In this document: one piece after another, positions 1-12,278 of the stretch
Layout of the letters: every line of letters starts with the position of its first letter
How positions within the stretch are numbered: position 1 is the first letter of the stretch
From: Lingula anatina
Lineage: Eukaryota; Animalia; Brachiopoda
DNA: 64,000 nucleotides
Reading direction: 5' to 3'
NCBI GenBank assembly: GCA_051362555.1
Contig: CM120643.1
Coordinates: 24,804,848-24,868,847, forward strand
Made by a program: the position numbers and the translations under genes
The notes under the pieces: generated by a model
Seen by the model: the letters and a program-made list of their open reading frames with translations, nothing else
The model's database searches: none
Told to the model about the DNA's origin: nothing

Positions 1-46
1 TGATTTATTTGTGAAAAAAATCAGTCTTTTAACTGAACTACTTTAG

Positions 47-3000
47 GACCTTGGGGAATTTGGTATAGCGCCTCGCAAGCTGAAGACTGCAGACAACTTC
101 ACCTCGGAGCAAGCCCAGAAGAAGCATGCGGCTGAGAGACTGGAACATGCTGGTGTCTTCTTTACCCAGCCAGTATTACAGGACCTTATCATACCATCAC
201 AGTGAGCATTTTTTTCCATGTTATTAATGTTTCCTCTTGTAATAGTAGCATGATAAAAATTCACAATGTAAATCATTTACTTAATTTTAATTAGAATTAA
301 AAATTTGTTTTCTACCTCAGGTCTGACATTTCAGCCCTTTCACTGACAATGTGTAACAATGAAAAATTTATTCAATGTTGAAAATTCATGAAAATAAACG
401 TATAATGTTATGTTACTTTACATTACTGTGTTATATTATCATTCTATCAAGACTATAATAACATTATAGCATTATAATAATATGAAACAGATGGCTGAAG
501 GGCCATTCTGAAATATTTCCCAAGGCAGCAAAAGCTATTTACCTTGTGAAAAGATTAATCTTTTCATACCTCACATTTAAGAAAGAAAAAGAATTAATCA
601 TTGTGAATTCCTTGTCCTGTCCAGGTTACCCATGGGTGTGCGCCTGCTGAGGAAGATGGGATGGAAGGAAGGGCAAGGTGTGGGCCCCAGGGTGAAGAGA
701 AAAGCCAAAAAACAGGCCACAGGTGTGTTTGTTAAAGTAGTACTTTTTTCATTAGGATTTTTTCAAAACTTAAGTACATAAGTCATTTGTGATGTAGTAA
801 TATTAAGAGTCATGACAATTTTCTCAGTGCGTCTTTTTATAAATTTGTTTGATGGAAAATGTGCAGGTTTATGTGTCCTCTTTCAGCTTTCAGGAAATGT
901 TAATTAATTTGGATTTCAAGGCCTTTTCAGTGTTTGAATTCTTTCTTAATTGACCAAGAGATATGCAATAAAAACTGTTGTTCTGTGTTTTTCGTAATTC
1001 TTAGCACAAGAAGGCAAAGTATATGGCTGCTCTCTGCCTCCAGATCAGAATTCTGATGTAAGTGTATAAGCTTATTAAATTTACAACTTTATGGATTTTT
1101 TCAATTTTTAGCTTTGGCCAGTCCAATTAGAATAGCTTTTTATGTAAAATGCTTGATAATATGAAATGATGTGTTTGGATTTTTGATGAAATGTATAATG
1201 ATAGACACATTTTCTGTCAGTGTCTATCAGCAACTGGAACAATTTGAATACCTTTAAAGGTTCAATTTCATCAACTGGGAAAACTAACTTCTTTATCATT
1301 CCAGGATTCTGACTATGATGAATATGCAGCTGGGTTGACCTTTGCCCCAAAAGATGTCACCCCAATCAGTTTTGAAGCCAAAGATAACCAGCATGGTCTG
1401 GGGTACAGTGGTCTCAATCCAAAAGCTGCTTTACACTCTGGCCATATCAACTTGTTTGAGCCCTCTCCCATAGGTGGCAGCACTGTATCTGGTAGCAAGA
1501 GGGGCATCCGAGGAAAGGTTAGTAATGGAGTAGATACATTCAGGCATGCTACAGACATGATAATAACTGCGGGTTCAAGTATCTGCAGAAATCAAGAGAT
1601 CATGGACTCTTCCAGTATTTTGCAGGCCCAGATACTTTTTCAAAATGTAATTTTTACAAATTCATGAAATTTCTACCCCATGTAGGCATTGTACTTTCCT
1701 TTGCCAAAAATTAGTGGCAATAACTATAGGTCAGTTCTGATCACTGAAAAAGTATGTACTAATCAGTGGTGAGTTGGAAATAATTATTGACCCATTAATG
1801 ATCCTATTTCATTTGTACTGGTGACCTGACATGACTTTAGTTTACTATTATATTGGAAGCTGGCAACTTTTGCCCAGAGTGATGCCAATTGGACATTTAT
1901 TTCTAATTCTTATTATTTATCTTAATGCCATGAAATTATTACAGGCATTTGGAGTGGGTGCTTTAGAAGACGATGATGAAGATATATATGGTATGGATTC
2001 CATGGCAAACTATGATAGAGAACTTACAGCTGAATCAGACCACAATTTTGGATGGACTGCACCAAAACGTACATCTAGGTTTTCAGAAGGTAGCCTTTGT
2101 CTTCTATTTAGTTATTTGCCAAGTTTGTTAATTGTGTGTGATTAGATATCAGCATATTATGTTTAATGTGTAAAACCCAGACATAGCGGAAGATTTGATA
2201 AATGCAGGAGTCATTCTCTCTCTCTCTGTCTCTCACGTGTATGTGTACAAACACTCGTACACATCCATGTTGTATATGCCTTGATGATTTTTGCAGCTTA
2301 TCAGCATTATGAAGATTTAATTTTATTTTAGTTAACTCTTGAATGACACAATATGTACTTCAGGTCCACCTGGAGCAATAACAGAGGGTCCCAGTCATGT
2401 GACCAGAATATTGGAGGGTTTCACAATAGCCTCCAAACCTCTTCAACCAAAGAAATGCTTTCCACCTCCCCACATTCCCAGGGGTTATAAACCCTTCCAT
2501 ACGTTCCTGAAACCCAAGGAATTGTCATCTGCCAGTTCCTCAGGAAAATCTTTAGATGCTGGTGCGAGGGGAGCAATTTTAGGAGAAACGCCTGTGATAG
2601 GTATGTATAATTGTATAATCAGATTAACAGGGGAATGTGAAATTTTATGATGAAAGAGCAATGGTATACCACAAACTAAATCTCTGGTAGTGGTACAACT
2701 CATCTCCCCTGTGTGTGCGTGCTTCTTTTTTTACCAGAGAAAAAAACAAGGTTTTCATTATTTACAAAGATTTTTAAGAAACTTGAATTAGCCAAAGTAA
2801 ATTATCCTCAAAATTTAAACATGTTAAGATAAACCTGTATGATCGTGAAACACCTGTCTTTCCCTTCAGGATCAGTGTTTGAATTGGTCAACTCAGAAGG
2901 AAAAGCTAAACTGGAAGCTGCCAAGATGAGTTCAACAACATTATCTGCTTCCTCAACATCATCAGTAACAACATCTTCAACCTCATCATCTGGAACATCG

Positions 3001-6000
3001 TGGGAAAAGGTTCAGGGTCCATTTGAAGTTAAACAGCCACTGCTAAAGACACCACTGTTTCAGGGAAACACAAGTTCTTTTAAACCCTTTGTGAAAGATC
3101 CAGCAAAGCAGGAGAGATATGAGAAGTATTTGGAGCTGAAGAAGCAAGGGGCAGTAGGTGAGGCTACTGTTACCCATGCAGATAAATGCTTTGTCTGACC
3201 TAACACACTGTCATTTTCAACACACTGTCACACTTTTAAAATTTTTGCAAAATGTAAAACCTGTACAATTAAACACTTAAACTTAAATGGCAATTTAACC
3301 TTTCTTGTCACCCCTAACACACTGTCCCCTCAAACACGTTGTCACACTTTTGAAAAAATTTGCAAAATACTAAACACGGCCATACATTTAAAGCTTACAC
3401 TTGAATGGCAATTCAACCTTTTCTTGACTATAATTCCAGACTGCTATAAAACTGTGGCTCTGCCTCACATGACAGAGTGGGATATGGAGAGAGAGGAGGA
3501 AGAATTCAAGAGGGCAGCACAGCTGTTCAAACCCATGAGCAGTCTCATGGCCTCCAGGTTTACGCGGGCCAAATTTGAAGACCACCATGACGAGGTTGAG
3601 GTGCCCCCTGATGACAGCGTGAGTTTCTTTTTCCTCTGTCAACAAAGGAGATCATTGTTTACATCCTGCATGTTTGCAGATTTGAAAAATCAGGAAGTTC
3701 CTCACTCATTTTTATGTGATTTTCAGGATAGTCAGTTATTCAGGAGAGGTGATTATATCATGAAGATATTATGATTTTTAAGTTGTAAAGCCCAAATCAA
3801 TTTTCTTAAATATTAATGTGCTTTTATATTTAATATTTAACTAAAGAAGATTTTATTCCATATTTTTTATATACCTTTACAGTTGTGATTTCAGTCTCTG
3901 ATATTCCTTTCTGCTAGGTACAATCATGCTGGTAAAGTCACAACTAGCATAATCCCACCTAACACATTTAACTCAGTTTTATTTGTAGATTCCAGTCATT
4001 GACTAGGCAGAAGCACCCACAAATCAGCTATATGACACAATTCATCTTTTTTTTTTTTTAAACAAAAAATATTTGTCAAACTGTCAAAGCTCTTATCCAT
4101 TTCATATATATACATTCCATATACCTGGTGCGTCCATAGAATACCTTTAACATGATGACTGATTCATGCAGCCTTTTTCTCTCAGTACTCTAAGGTCAGT
4201 TTGTATTGCAGACACCGATCAGCGACCAGGCCAAAGCTGCCCAGATGAAGATGTTTGGAAAACTGACCAGGGAGAGGTTTGAGTGGCACCCAGATAGACT
4301 GCTGTGTCGGAGGTTTAATGTGCCTGATCCTTACCCTGGGTGAGTGTGATTGTTTCCCATTGATTATAGAGGTTATTAAGCCCTTTGTTGATGTGCTAAA
4401 CAAATATGAATGAATTAGATGTTTTAAGTACTTGAAATATATAAGAAAACCCATTCAGCTTAGCCTTTGTAAAGTGTCTTTACGATGTTAATTTAAAAGT
4501 AACTATGCTTTTTAGAAAGAATGCAGTAATATTTAATTTGCCTCATTAAAATGATTATACACTTTTGTAATTAAATACCTTTTTTACTTTAAATTTTTCA
4601 ATTTACAGGTCCACTATTGTTGGAGTTCCAACCGTCAAAAAGGACAAGTTTTCTTTGTACAACTTCCTAAGTGTGCCAGCGGAGAAGAGAGCACCCAGTC
4701 CTCCTAAAGCCATCACTGCTGGAGGTAGAGATTAAATGAAATTAATAATTCATGAGGAAAAGGGGTTCATTTGATTAGATTTGTGTCTAAATATATAGTA
4801 AGGAATGTCTGGTGAATTTATGGTATGTTTTTCCATTTAGACCAAACGGTGTTTCTAACTAAAAGTCAGACAGATTGCTTCGTGGTTTTTTAATTACGTA
4901 GGTCAGATAGGGTAAAGATTATCAAGTCATTTTGAGAATTGTTAAAGTATGAGGATTTTTGTTGTTTTATTTTCAAATATAGTATCCTTTTATTTAATTA
5001 ATTATATACTACTTTGAATCTTGATGTAATAATGAATGAATCAGACAGATTTTGCATTATTGAAATTGAGAAATGCATACACTTTAACCTTTGAAATTTA
5101 ATTGAGACTGACTATGCATTCAAAAAAGGTGTTTCTGAACTCATTATATTGTATTCAGCACTTTCTTAGATAAAAAAAAAACCTATTCCAGATGAATCTG
5201 AACAACCAAGAATGCCAAAGAGTATATTTGATGCACCAGTCAGTAAACGTAGTGTGCTTCGTAACCCTGCCGAGAAGAGCAAAACAGAGAGTACAGTGAA
5301 TAAGGAGACAAAGTCCACATCAGATGTAAATGATCTTGTGAGTTACTGACTGTGACATCATTTTCATTAAGGTCAAAACTTCTGACTCATTGGTCACTCA
5401 TCCCTTTTCTACTCGGAAAGACGCTAATTCATGCAAGTTAAAATATTAAAATGGAAAATATTAAGTTTTTAAAATAAACTTTTAACTATGAGATTAATAC
5501 CTTCAACTAGACTGTATAACTTTTTTCCCCAATCTTTAGTTGTCCTCAGTGAAGGAGAGTGAAGTCACGGTGGAAGGTCGCCCTCCCATGGACCTGTTCA
5601 AGGCAATTTTCCAAGATTCAGACTCTAGCAGTTCGTCATCATCAGAGGAAGAAGAGGAGGAAGAAAAACAAGAGGAGAAAAGCAGTAACAAGCAGTCCCT
5701 CATAGACCAACCAGTCATGGTGCCAACCCAACAGGAACATACCACAGGTAGAGTTTTTTTTTTTTTTTTTTTCAAAAGGAAAAATATGTGTAATTATTAC
5801 ATTTTTAAGATTCTGACGTAGTGGATATGGAGGTTAGTGAATTTTGCTTGTGAAAACATTTTCCTCATTGTTTTGGGATGGAAGAATACCTTCATGCAGG
5901 TGATGGAAAATTGCTAAGATTTTCAGGATGCTTTATTTTCTTCTGTATAAAGGATGCGCGAGCATAGTTACATTTTCTTTTAATTGCATGAAAAGAAGAA

Positions 6001-7476
6001 AAAGCAGACGGACACTCCACCATACCAGTTGAGAGCTTACAACAAAGGTTGTCACCCCCTCCAGCCATACAGACTAAAAATGGTACCAAGGATGAGGATG
6101 AGGAAATGGAAGCATTTGGGCCAGCTTTACCTCCACCATCAGCACCAGGAGAAAGTGAGTGAACGAGGAAAATGGGGAAACAACTTTTTAAGACTTTATA
6201 TTTGTATGGACACCAGGATTTATAATTATTTTCAAAACAGTCTATTTTATTTAGTTAAATGGAATTATGTGGAAGAAAACTATTTTAAGAACATCAACAT
6301 TCTGTGTCAGTTTTCCATGGTCTCTTTTAAAAGCAGTGATCCAGTTTTACAACAGCATTTATTAATTAAGGCTCAAAAGATTCTAGACCATGCTGTTTGT
6401 CTCCTCTTGGTTTGCACCACCCCACCCCATCCAAACTGCAAACTCAACAGTCTGTGGTGTCAGGACTTTCCAAATGACAGTAAAATTGAAGAGGGACCAG
6501 CAAAATTCTACAATTTTTTTTTCAATTATTTGGCCACATTGCTTCTTGAGTCTGTGGAATGAAAACAATCTTTAAACACAGTCTGAGTAGACATTATTTT
6601 TCTCCTGCAGGTCCATTGGCAACCCCAGGCTTCCCAAGTCACGTGTTTATTTCAGCATCTGAAAGAGGGGTGCACAGGAAACTGAAACATGCTCACAGGT
6701 CAAAAGAAAGTGACAGAAGTAAAAAGAAGAAAAAGAAAAAGGAAAAGAAGGTTAAGATGAGGATGTTTTCTGTTTTGTAGCTTCTGTAGATAAATCATTT
6801 TTTTGTTGTTGTTATTGAATTTATTTTGATAAACAGTGAAAAGATCTCACCTTATTTTATGCAATGAAAAAAGTATAAGATATAATCAAAGTACAAACCA
6901 ATTATAAATCGAGAACTTAAAATAAAAATTTGAGATGATTGAAGATTATAAATAGTATCCATTGTGATATATCTTGTGTAATACAGGCCAAGTATAAGAA
7001 GAGCAAGCACAAACACAAAAGTTCCAAAAAGAAAAAGAAGTCGAAGACGTCAACTCCTTCCAGCTCAGAAGACAGCAATGGCGGCTCTGACAGTTCTGAA
7101 GACGAAAGCAAAGACCAGATACCTACTGATGCTGAGATTTTAGAGAGGTGGGCTGCTTTGCTTTCTTTCATTTCTTTTTCTTTTTTATTCCGTGCCTCTG
7201 TTGTGAAAGCAGAGATGAAATTGGTTCCTTTCCATCTGTCAAGTACAAGGATTTGAGAAAATACAGAGCTAGAACAACCAAACTTTGAACACAGAAACTT
7301 CTTCCTTGGTTTAAGTTTTTTTTTTATAAAGGTGCTTTTCACCATCATTAACAGTAATCAGAATGCATTCTTTTCTCAAAGATCAAAAAAGATATATGGA
7401 TTAAGCAATTGAATTAAATTTGTTTCTTTCTTTTAGGCTGAAAGGACAGAGAATGAGGGCTGCAGATTTCATGTAA
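47..7476 (+). CDS. GPATCH1: G-patch domain-containing protein 1, 3' part (5' exons lie upstream of the window)
   Basis: Phase-consistent GT-AG exons: 47-201, 625-722, 1005-1057, 1305-1517, 1945-2089, 2364-2600, 2870-3157, 3440-3618, 4212-4339, 4609-4724, 5192-5337, 5540-5747, 5996-6154, 6611-6750, 6987-7147, 7437-7476 (TAA). The translation has recognisable GPATCH1 blocks: DLGEFGIAP, G-patch LLRKMGWKEGQGVGPRVKR, TFAPKDVTP..DNQHGLGYSGL, AFGVGALEDDDEDIY, FKPFVKDPAKQERY, KMFGKLTRERFEWHPDRLLCRRFNVPDPYP, RPPMDLFKAIF, and a Lys-rich tail ending RAADFM*. Boundaries of the low-complexity exons are less certain. Confidence 0.95.
3199..3429. repeat. Degenerate two-copy tandem repeat (~113 bp) in a GPATCH1 intron
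   Basis: cctaacacactgtc...tgcaaaat...aatggcaatt(t/c)aacc..tttcttg occurs at ~3199-3310 and again at ~3312-3429. Confidence 0.75.
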
Positions 7477-8039
7477 ACACTTTGTTGACTGCGATGATGA
7501 TGATGATAATAATGGCAACGATGTCCGATATTGTGCTTTGATTGTGTCTTTATATATGTCAGTGGGTTCACTGGTTATGTACGGAAAAACAGAGGTAAAG
7601 AACATGAATTTCTCCACACAGATGTGAGGACAGCTAAGAAACAAGAAGGCATTGACTTGAACATCCATTGTCCTACTGTGCAGTAAAAATGTCTATTTGG
7701 GAGTAGTGTTCTGTGTCGACCTGACTGGAAAGTTAGACACTTTTCTCTACCTGAGAACTTGTTACTATGGGTTTTTTCCTTGAACCTAAATAAGTAGCAT
7801 CTGTCCGTGTTCAATTGAAAAGATTATTAGGACAATGTCCTAATCAGAAAAAAAAAATTGAAAATTGATTTGACAGTTTTCTGCAATAGCTTGTTATGAA
7901 TTCACTTGTTATGTATGCTGAATGTGAAGTTTAAGTTTAATTGAATACATGTTATTATAACTACTGCTGAATTGAAAAATGTTGATACTGATATAAATTT
8001 TAACTATGCACCTTGTTTTTGTTTGTTTGTTTGTTTGCC

Positions 8040-9392
8040 TTTTATGTACAGACACAGATGTGTCTGTACATATTGCCATCACCTGCGTCTGTCGTCGCCG
8101 GCGCCGGCGCCGTGCACTTTCCTTGTAAACACGATAAGTGGAGGGCAGTTTTACTTTTTGGCTGTATATTTACAGAGCTGATGAATATTCATAAAACGCA
8201 GGTCAAGTTCGAAAATCAGCATGATCGGGCCATTATTGTAGAAGTTATGCTGTTTTTTTCACTTTTCAACATATATGCAACACTGTAAACACATTTCAAG
8301 GAAAACCGTTAGGCCTGTTGTCATGAAATTCATAGGAGTAATCAATCTTACTAAAACGCAGGTCAAATTCAAAAACCGGCATGCTCGGGCCACTATTTTA
8401 GTAGTTATGCTGTTTTTTCATTTTTCAGCATATATGCAACACTGTAAACACAATATAAGAAAAACAGATAAGCCAATTGTCATTAAATTCACAGGAATGG
8501 TCAATCTTACTAAAACGCAGGTTGAGTTTGAAAATGAGCATAATCGGGCCATTATTTTAGAAGTTATGCTGTTTTTTCACATTTCCTCAGATTCAATTCT
8601 TAGGCATGTAAACAGTTTCATTATTGAACTAATAAGATATTTAAAAGTGTTTGTTTGGCATTTCCTGCAATTTTACAACATTATTAGTTGATTATGTAAA
8701 AATGATGGTAAACTTGTTATCGTGTATTGTGTAATAAAGTTTCAAAAATGGAAATAAACTCATATCATTGCAGTTTGTCAGATTCAATCATTCACTATGT
8801 TCAGAATCTCAGAATGGAAGAAATTGGACATTTAACACTGTTCTATTGATATTTTTCACATTTCATCAATTTTCTTAGTTGATCTTATAAAAATGGCAGT
8901 AACCTATTAATTTTGTTTTGTGTTAAAAAAGTGTTAAAAATGGAAATAAACCCATTTCAGAACAGTGCTGTCTCGTTTACATTTTGGCATTTTCAAGTTG
9001 TGACTTTGAAGTTCCATGGGCCTGAAGACCTTTGCTAGTCACATTTTCTGAATATCCATAATACTAATATTTTGACCATTATGACCATTATGGGAAAACC
9101 ATGTTACTTATGATTGCCAAACTTTCAAAAAAGAAATACAGGACTAAAATGCAGTCTGAGTTGGAAAAGCAGTCTAAGTGACTTCTTTTTCTGGAAGTTA
9201 TACATTTTCAAAGTGTAAACTTGTCACATATTTTAATTACATTGGTATTACCTGTTGAGGATAATTAAAATTTGATGTTGAATTTGCAGTTCAACATAAT
9301 GTATTTTTGCATCAGAATTGACAGTAGTCTATTTTGTGCATAGTTATTTCCTGTTTTTTGTCTGTACATTTGACAGCTTTGCTGCCTTGTTA
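8040..9392 (+). mobile_element. Non-autonomous Helentron-type element (HINE/DINE-1/pearl-like) with internal tandem repeats
   Basis: T-run at the 5' end; perfect 13-bp hairpin TATGTACAGACAC-agat-GTGTCTGTACATA (8043-8072); GC-rich GTC/GCC simple repeat; ~160-bp tandem units starting ~8193, 8353, 8512; a second degenerate repeat at ~8670 and ~8860; 3' subterminal copy TGTCTGTACAT (9359-9369) followed by short stem-loop GACAGC-ttt-GCTGCC and TTGTT. This matches the established HINE layout. Confidence 0.8.
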
Positions 9393-10078
9393 CAGTTATT
9401 GTGCTAAAAGTGCTTTCATATGACCAAGTTTTTGTTATTTTAAACAGTGTTGGGTTGATGGATTCGCAGTTTGAAAAAAATTAAATTCGCAGAAACCCTG
9501 TTAACTTAGAGGGGTATCATTGTCGGTTTTGATATTGTTTGAGAGTAGGGTTTAATTATATGTGCTGTCATAAGAGTCTATCTGATTTTGATCCAAAATT
9601 TTAATTTGTTGGGTATTACCGCATTAAATTACAGAATTTAATTTTCTCTCCGATTAAGGAAGTGCTTGCCGAATTGATCAAACCGTGTCACTGTGCTCAA
9701 CACAATTAGCAAACAGTCTCTATGAAGCCGGTGTATTTATTGAACGTTCACTATTACATCGCGCTGATATCAGGCAATTCTTGTTATGCTCGAACTACAT
9801 GAGAATTATTCCCTTCCCTACTACACAAACGCGCGCGCACACGCACGCAGTAAGTGTAACTTTGCTAGCGCACACATGCATGGAGTAAGAGTAACTTTGC
9901 TGGCGGTAAGCTACTGGCGTCTTTACCTAAAATCATCTGCTTAATCAATTCTGCTACGAGTTAATTTGATTTAATTTCTGTCTATTTACTTTTGGGTTGC
10001 GCGTCTTGCGAATAAACTATGTGAGACAATTCAGTCAAACAGATGTAAATTTCGGTTGCTGTTTGGGTGTCGTCTGCT

Positions 10079-10124
10079 TTACCCAACTAGTGATTCCTTG
10101 TCTGTAATCTGTTGCTCGTCACAT
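10079..10124 (-). pseudogene. Displaced original 3' coding end of the H-type lectin gene (C-DEQQITDKESLVG*)
   Basis: Removing the LTR element and one ACAT copy restores the frame: ...TGG ATA GCA TGT GAC GAG CAA CAG ATT ACA GAC AAG GAA TCA CTA GTT GGG TAA, with the stop at 10081-10079. Confidence 0.8.
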
Positions 10125-10575
10125 TGTAGTGAACCGTTAATTAGAGCTGATAACATAAATTTGAATACATGTCATTTACATATTCGTTCAATTATAAATA
10201 TATCCAGATGGATCTAAGCATGACAGTTTGCATGCGGTGAACTATTAATAGTATTGAGAGCTAATTTCCATATATGTGATCTACATATTCGTTAATGCAA
10301 ATTGTATCCACAATTAAATTTTAAGGTCTTAAGGCATGGCATGTCGCATGTCAGTAATAGAAGTTAATCTAAAATGTAAATTAAGTTCATGTATAAAAAG
10401 AGAGACTTACAGACTGAGAGAGTTAGAGATAGTTATAGATACGGTAGAAGAAACCTGAGTCTTCAGGCGCTTGAATAAACCATGTAACAGAAAACTATTC
10501 CTGCCTGTCTCAGTTGTCTTATTGGTGAAAATGTAACTCTTAGAACAAGTGTATAACCACCGACCGGTTATTACA
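10125..10575 (+). repeat. 5' LTR
   Basis: TG...CA ends with imperfect terminal inverted repeat (TGTAGTGAACCG / CGGTTATTACA); TATAAAA at 10392 and AATAAA at 10474; near-identical to 12279-12728. Confidence 0.93.
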
Positions 10576-10577
10576 AA

Positions 10578-10592
10578 TGGCGAGCTCCCAGG
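10578..10592 (+). promoter_or_regulatory. Primer binding site (tRNA-Arg-like)
   Basis: TGGCGAGCTCCCAGG directly after the 5' LTR. TGG is complementary to tRNA CCA, and the sequence resembles the tRNA-Arg(ACG)-type PBS TGGCGAGCCAGCCAGG. The tRNA identity is tentative. Confidence 0.75.
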
Positions 10593-10636
10593 TTTCACCT
10601 TAAGCAGCTGAGACAGAAAGGCAGTTTATAGTCAAG

Positions 10637-11752
10637 ATGCTGTATGAAGACGAGGACCAGTATGAAGACCCAGACATCTACAGCAGGCTGTTAGATTGTC
10701 TGGGTGGAATCAGTAGTGTTCTGAAGACGCAGGAAACTAGCAAAGAAGATGCACTTTTATTGTCAAATTCCCTTGCAAATCTGTGGGAAGTTATGAAAAA
10801 AGAAACAACAGAGTTTGACAACAGAAACGAACTATCTTTCGAAGCAATAATACGTAGCATTCAGATGGAAGCGGGGCAGAGAAGCAAAACGGATGATGAC
10901 AGCTGTGGTGAAGATACCGTAACATGTAAAGAAGTTGGAGAGAGGATCCAGAGCAATGAGATTGTGATCAGCGGTGTTGCTAACAAATCTCCAAAAGATG
11001 AATTCCCTGGTGCCGAGATGTTGCAGCTCCCCGATGGAGGCAACAATAATGTGGTCAGTGACGTTGCTGACGAAGCAAAATCTCCCGAATATGAGATTTT
11101 GAAACCCTTTATGACCAGTGGTGATTCTGATGTATTAAATTCCCCTGATGCAGAAATGTTGCTGTTCCCTGATGAAGAGAGGTTGTCGCCCAGTGATGCT
11201 GAACTGTTGAAGTCTACTGATGATAAGATGATGAAGTTTCCCTGTGAGGAGATGATGAAAACCCCTGATGTCGAAATGCTGCGTGTTGAAGAGATGGCCA
11301 CCAATAAGACCAAACTGATGGAAAATGAGTGTTACCAGGAAGACAAAGAAGAAAATGACGAACAAGCGAAGGAAAAGATTGAGCAAAAGAGATACTATGA
11401 GGACAATGACGGAAATGATGAACAAGTAATGGAAAAGGAAAAACTGCATGTAGGAGAAACGGACAATGATAAGGCCAAGCTGTTTGAAAATGTGTGTTAC
11501 CATGAGGACAATGAAGAAAATGACGAACAAGTGAAGGAAGAGAATGATCTGCGTACTGAGGAAAGGGACAATGATATGGTGAATTTGAATATACCTGCTT
11601 ATTACAAGGATAAAGACAGAAATGAAAAACAAGGAAAGAAAACGAATGACTTGTTTGATGTTTTAGAAAGAACTGAAAAACCTCACTTGAAAGGTATAGA
11701 GAAATGGAGGTACCCACCTCATTGCAAAATAAGGCATTTTTCTAATAAGTAA
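10637..11752 (+). CDS. 371-aa acidic (D/E-rich) repeat protein of unknown function encoded inside the LTR element
   Basis: Uninterrupted 1116-nt ORF with its ATG 61 nt after the 5' LTR in context caagATG; frame-preserving 8-aa and 34-35-aa internal repeats; no CCHC knuckle, signal peptide or TM segment. Confidence 0.75.
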   Translation: MLYEDEDQYEDPDIYSRLLDCLGGISSVLKTQETSKEDALLLSNSLANLWEVMKKETTEFDNRNELSFEAIIRSIQMEAGQRSKTDDDSCGEDTVTCKEVGERIQSNEIVISGVANKSPKDEFPGAEMLQLPDGGNNNVVSDVADEAKSPEYEILKPFMTSGDSDVLNSPDAEMLLFPDEERLSPSDAELLKSTDDKMMKFPCEEMMKTPDVEMLRVEEMATNKTKLMENECYQEDKEENDEQAKEKIEQKRYYEDNDGNDEQVMEKEKLHVGETDNDKAKLFENVCYHEDNEENDEQVKEENDLRTEERDNDMVNLNIPAYYKDKDRNEKQGKKTNDLFDVLERTEKPHLKGIEKWRYPPHCKIRHFSNK

Positions 11753-12244
11753 GTTGTCCATGAGTAATTTTTAATAATTATTTTTTCTTTTATTCAATGT
11801 ATAAAATAAAATGGAGGTATCAACTTCTCTGGAATTTTTTTTCAATAAGGCTAGTAAATTGTCCTAAGATTGATTTTCATGAAATTTTCTGTTAATTTTT
11901 GTATGTGGCACTTTCCTTTATTTACATCCAATTTTTTTAAAGTGCATGCACCAGTTTTTATGTTGTGAAACGTGTACTATCTATTGACTGATTTAAGTAA
12001 AATGTGTAAAGCAGTCTTATAATTATATTTAAATGGGTGTGGCTGTCTATGCAAAGCTGAAGTTTGTTTAAAAAAGTCCCTTAATGCTTATGTGAAGCTA
12101 AAATTGTTTTATTATTGTTAAATCTTGGTTAACTTTGATTAGAAGATGTTCAAGTACTTTGTATTATAGCTTAACATTCTATGAATTACAGAGTATAAAT
12201 AGGTGTCGGTGAAATAGGTTTAAAAAAAAATTTAAGTTCCTTAA

Positions 12245-12274
12245 TTTTTTTTTTTTTTCGGTAAAAAAGGGAGA
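12245..12274 (+). promoter_or_regulatory. U-tract plus polypurine tract of the LTR element
   Basis: A T14 run, then cggt, then AAAAAAGGGAGA (12263-12274), ending 4 nt before the 3' LTR. Confidence 0.8.
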
Positions 12275-12278
12275 TATG

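Noticed and set aside
5984-6562. 192-aa ORF
   Set aside because: Off-frame read of GPATCH1 exon 5996-6154 running into the intron.
8013-8691. Plus-strand ORFs of 91 and 138 aa with repeated peptides
   Set aside because: They are translations of the 160-bp tandem repeat; the unit length is not a multiple of 3.
10861-11717. Three long minus-strand ORFs (150-167 aa), hydrophobic-looking
   Set aside because: They are antisense shadows of the purine-rich repetitive plus-strand ORF, which yields few antisense stops.
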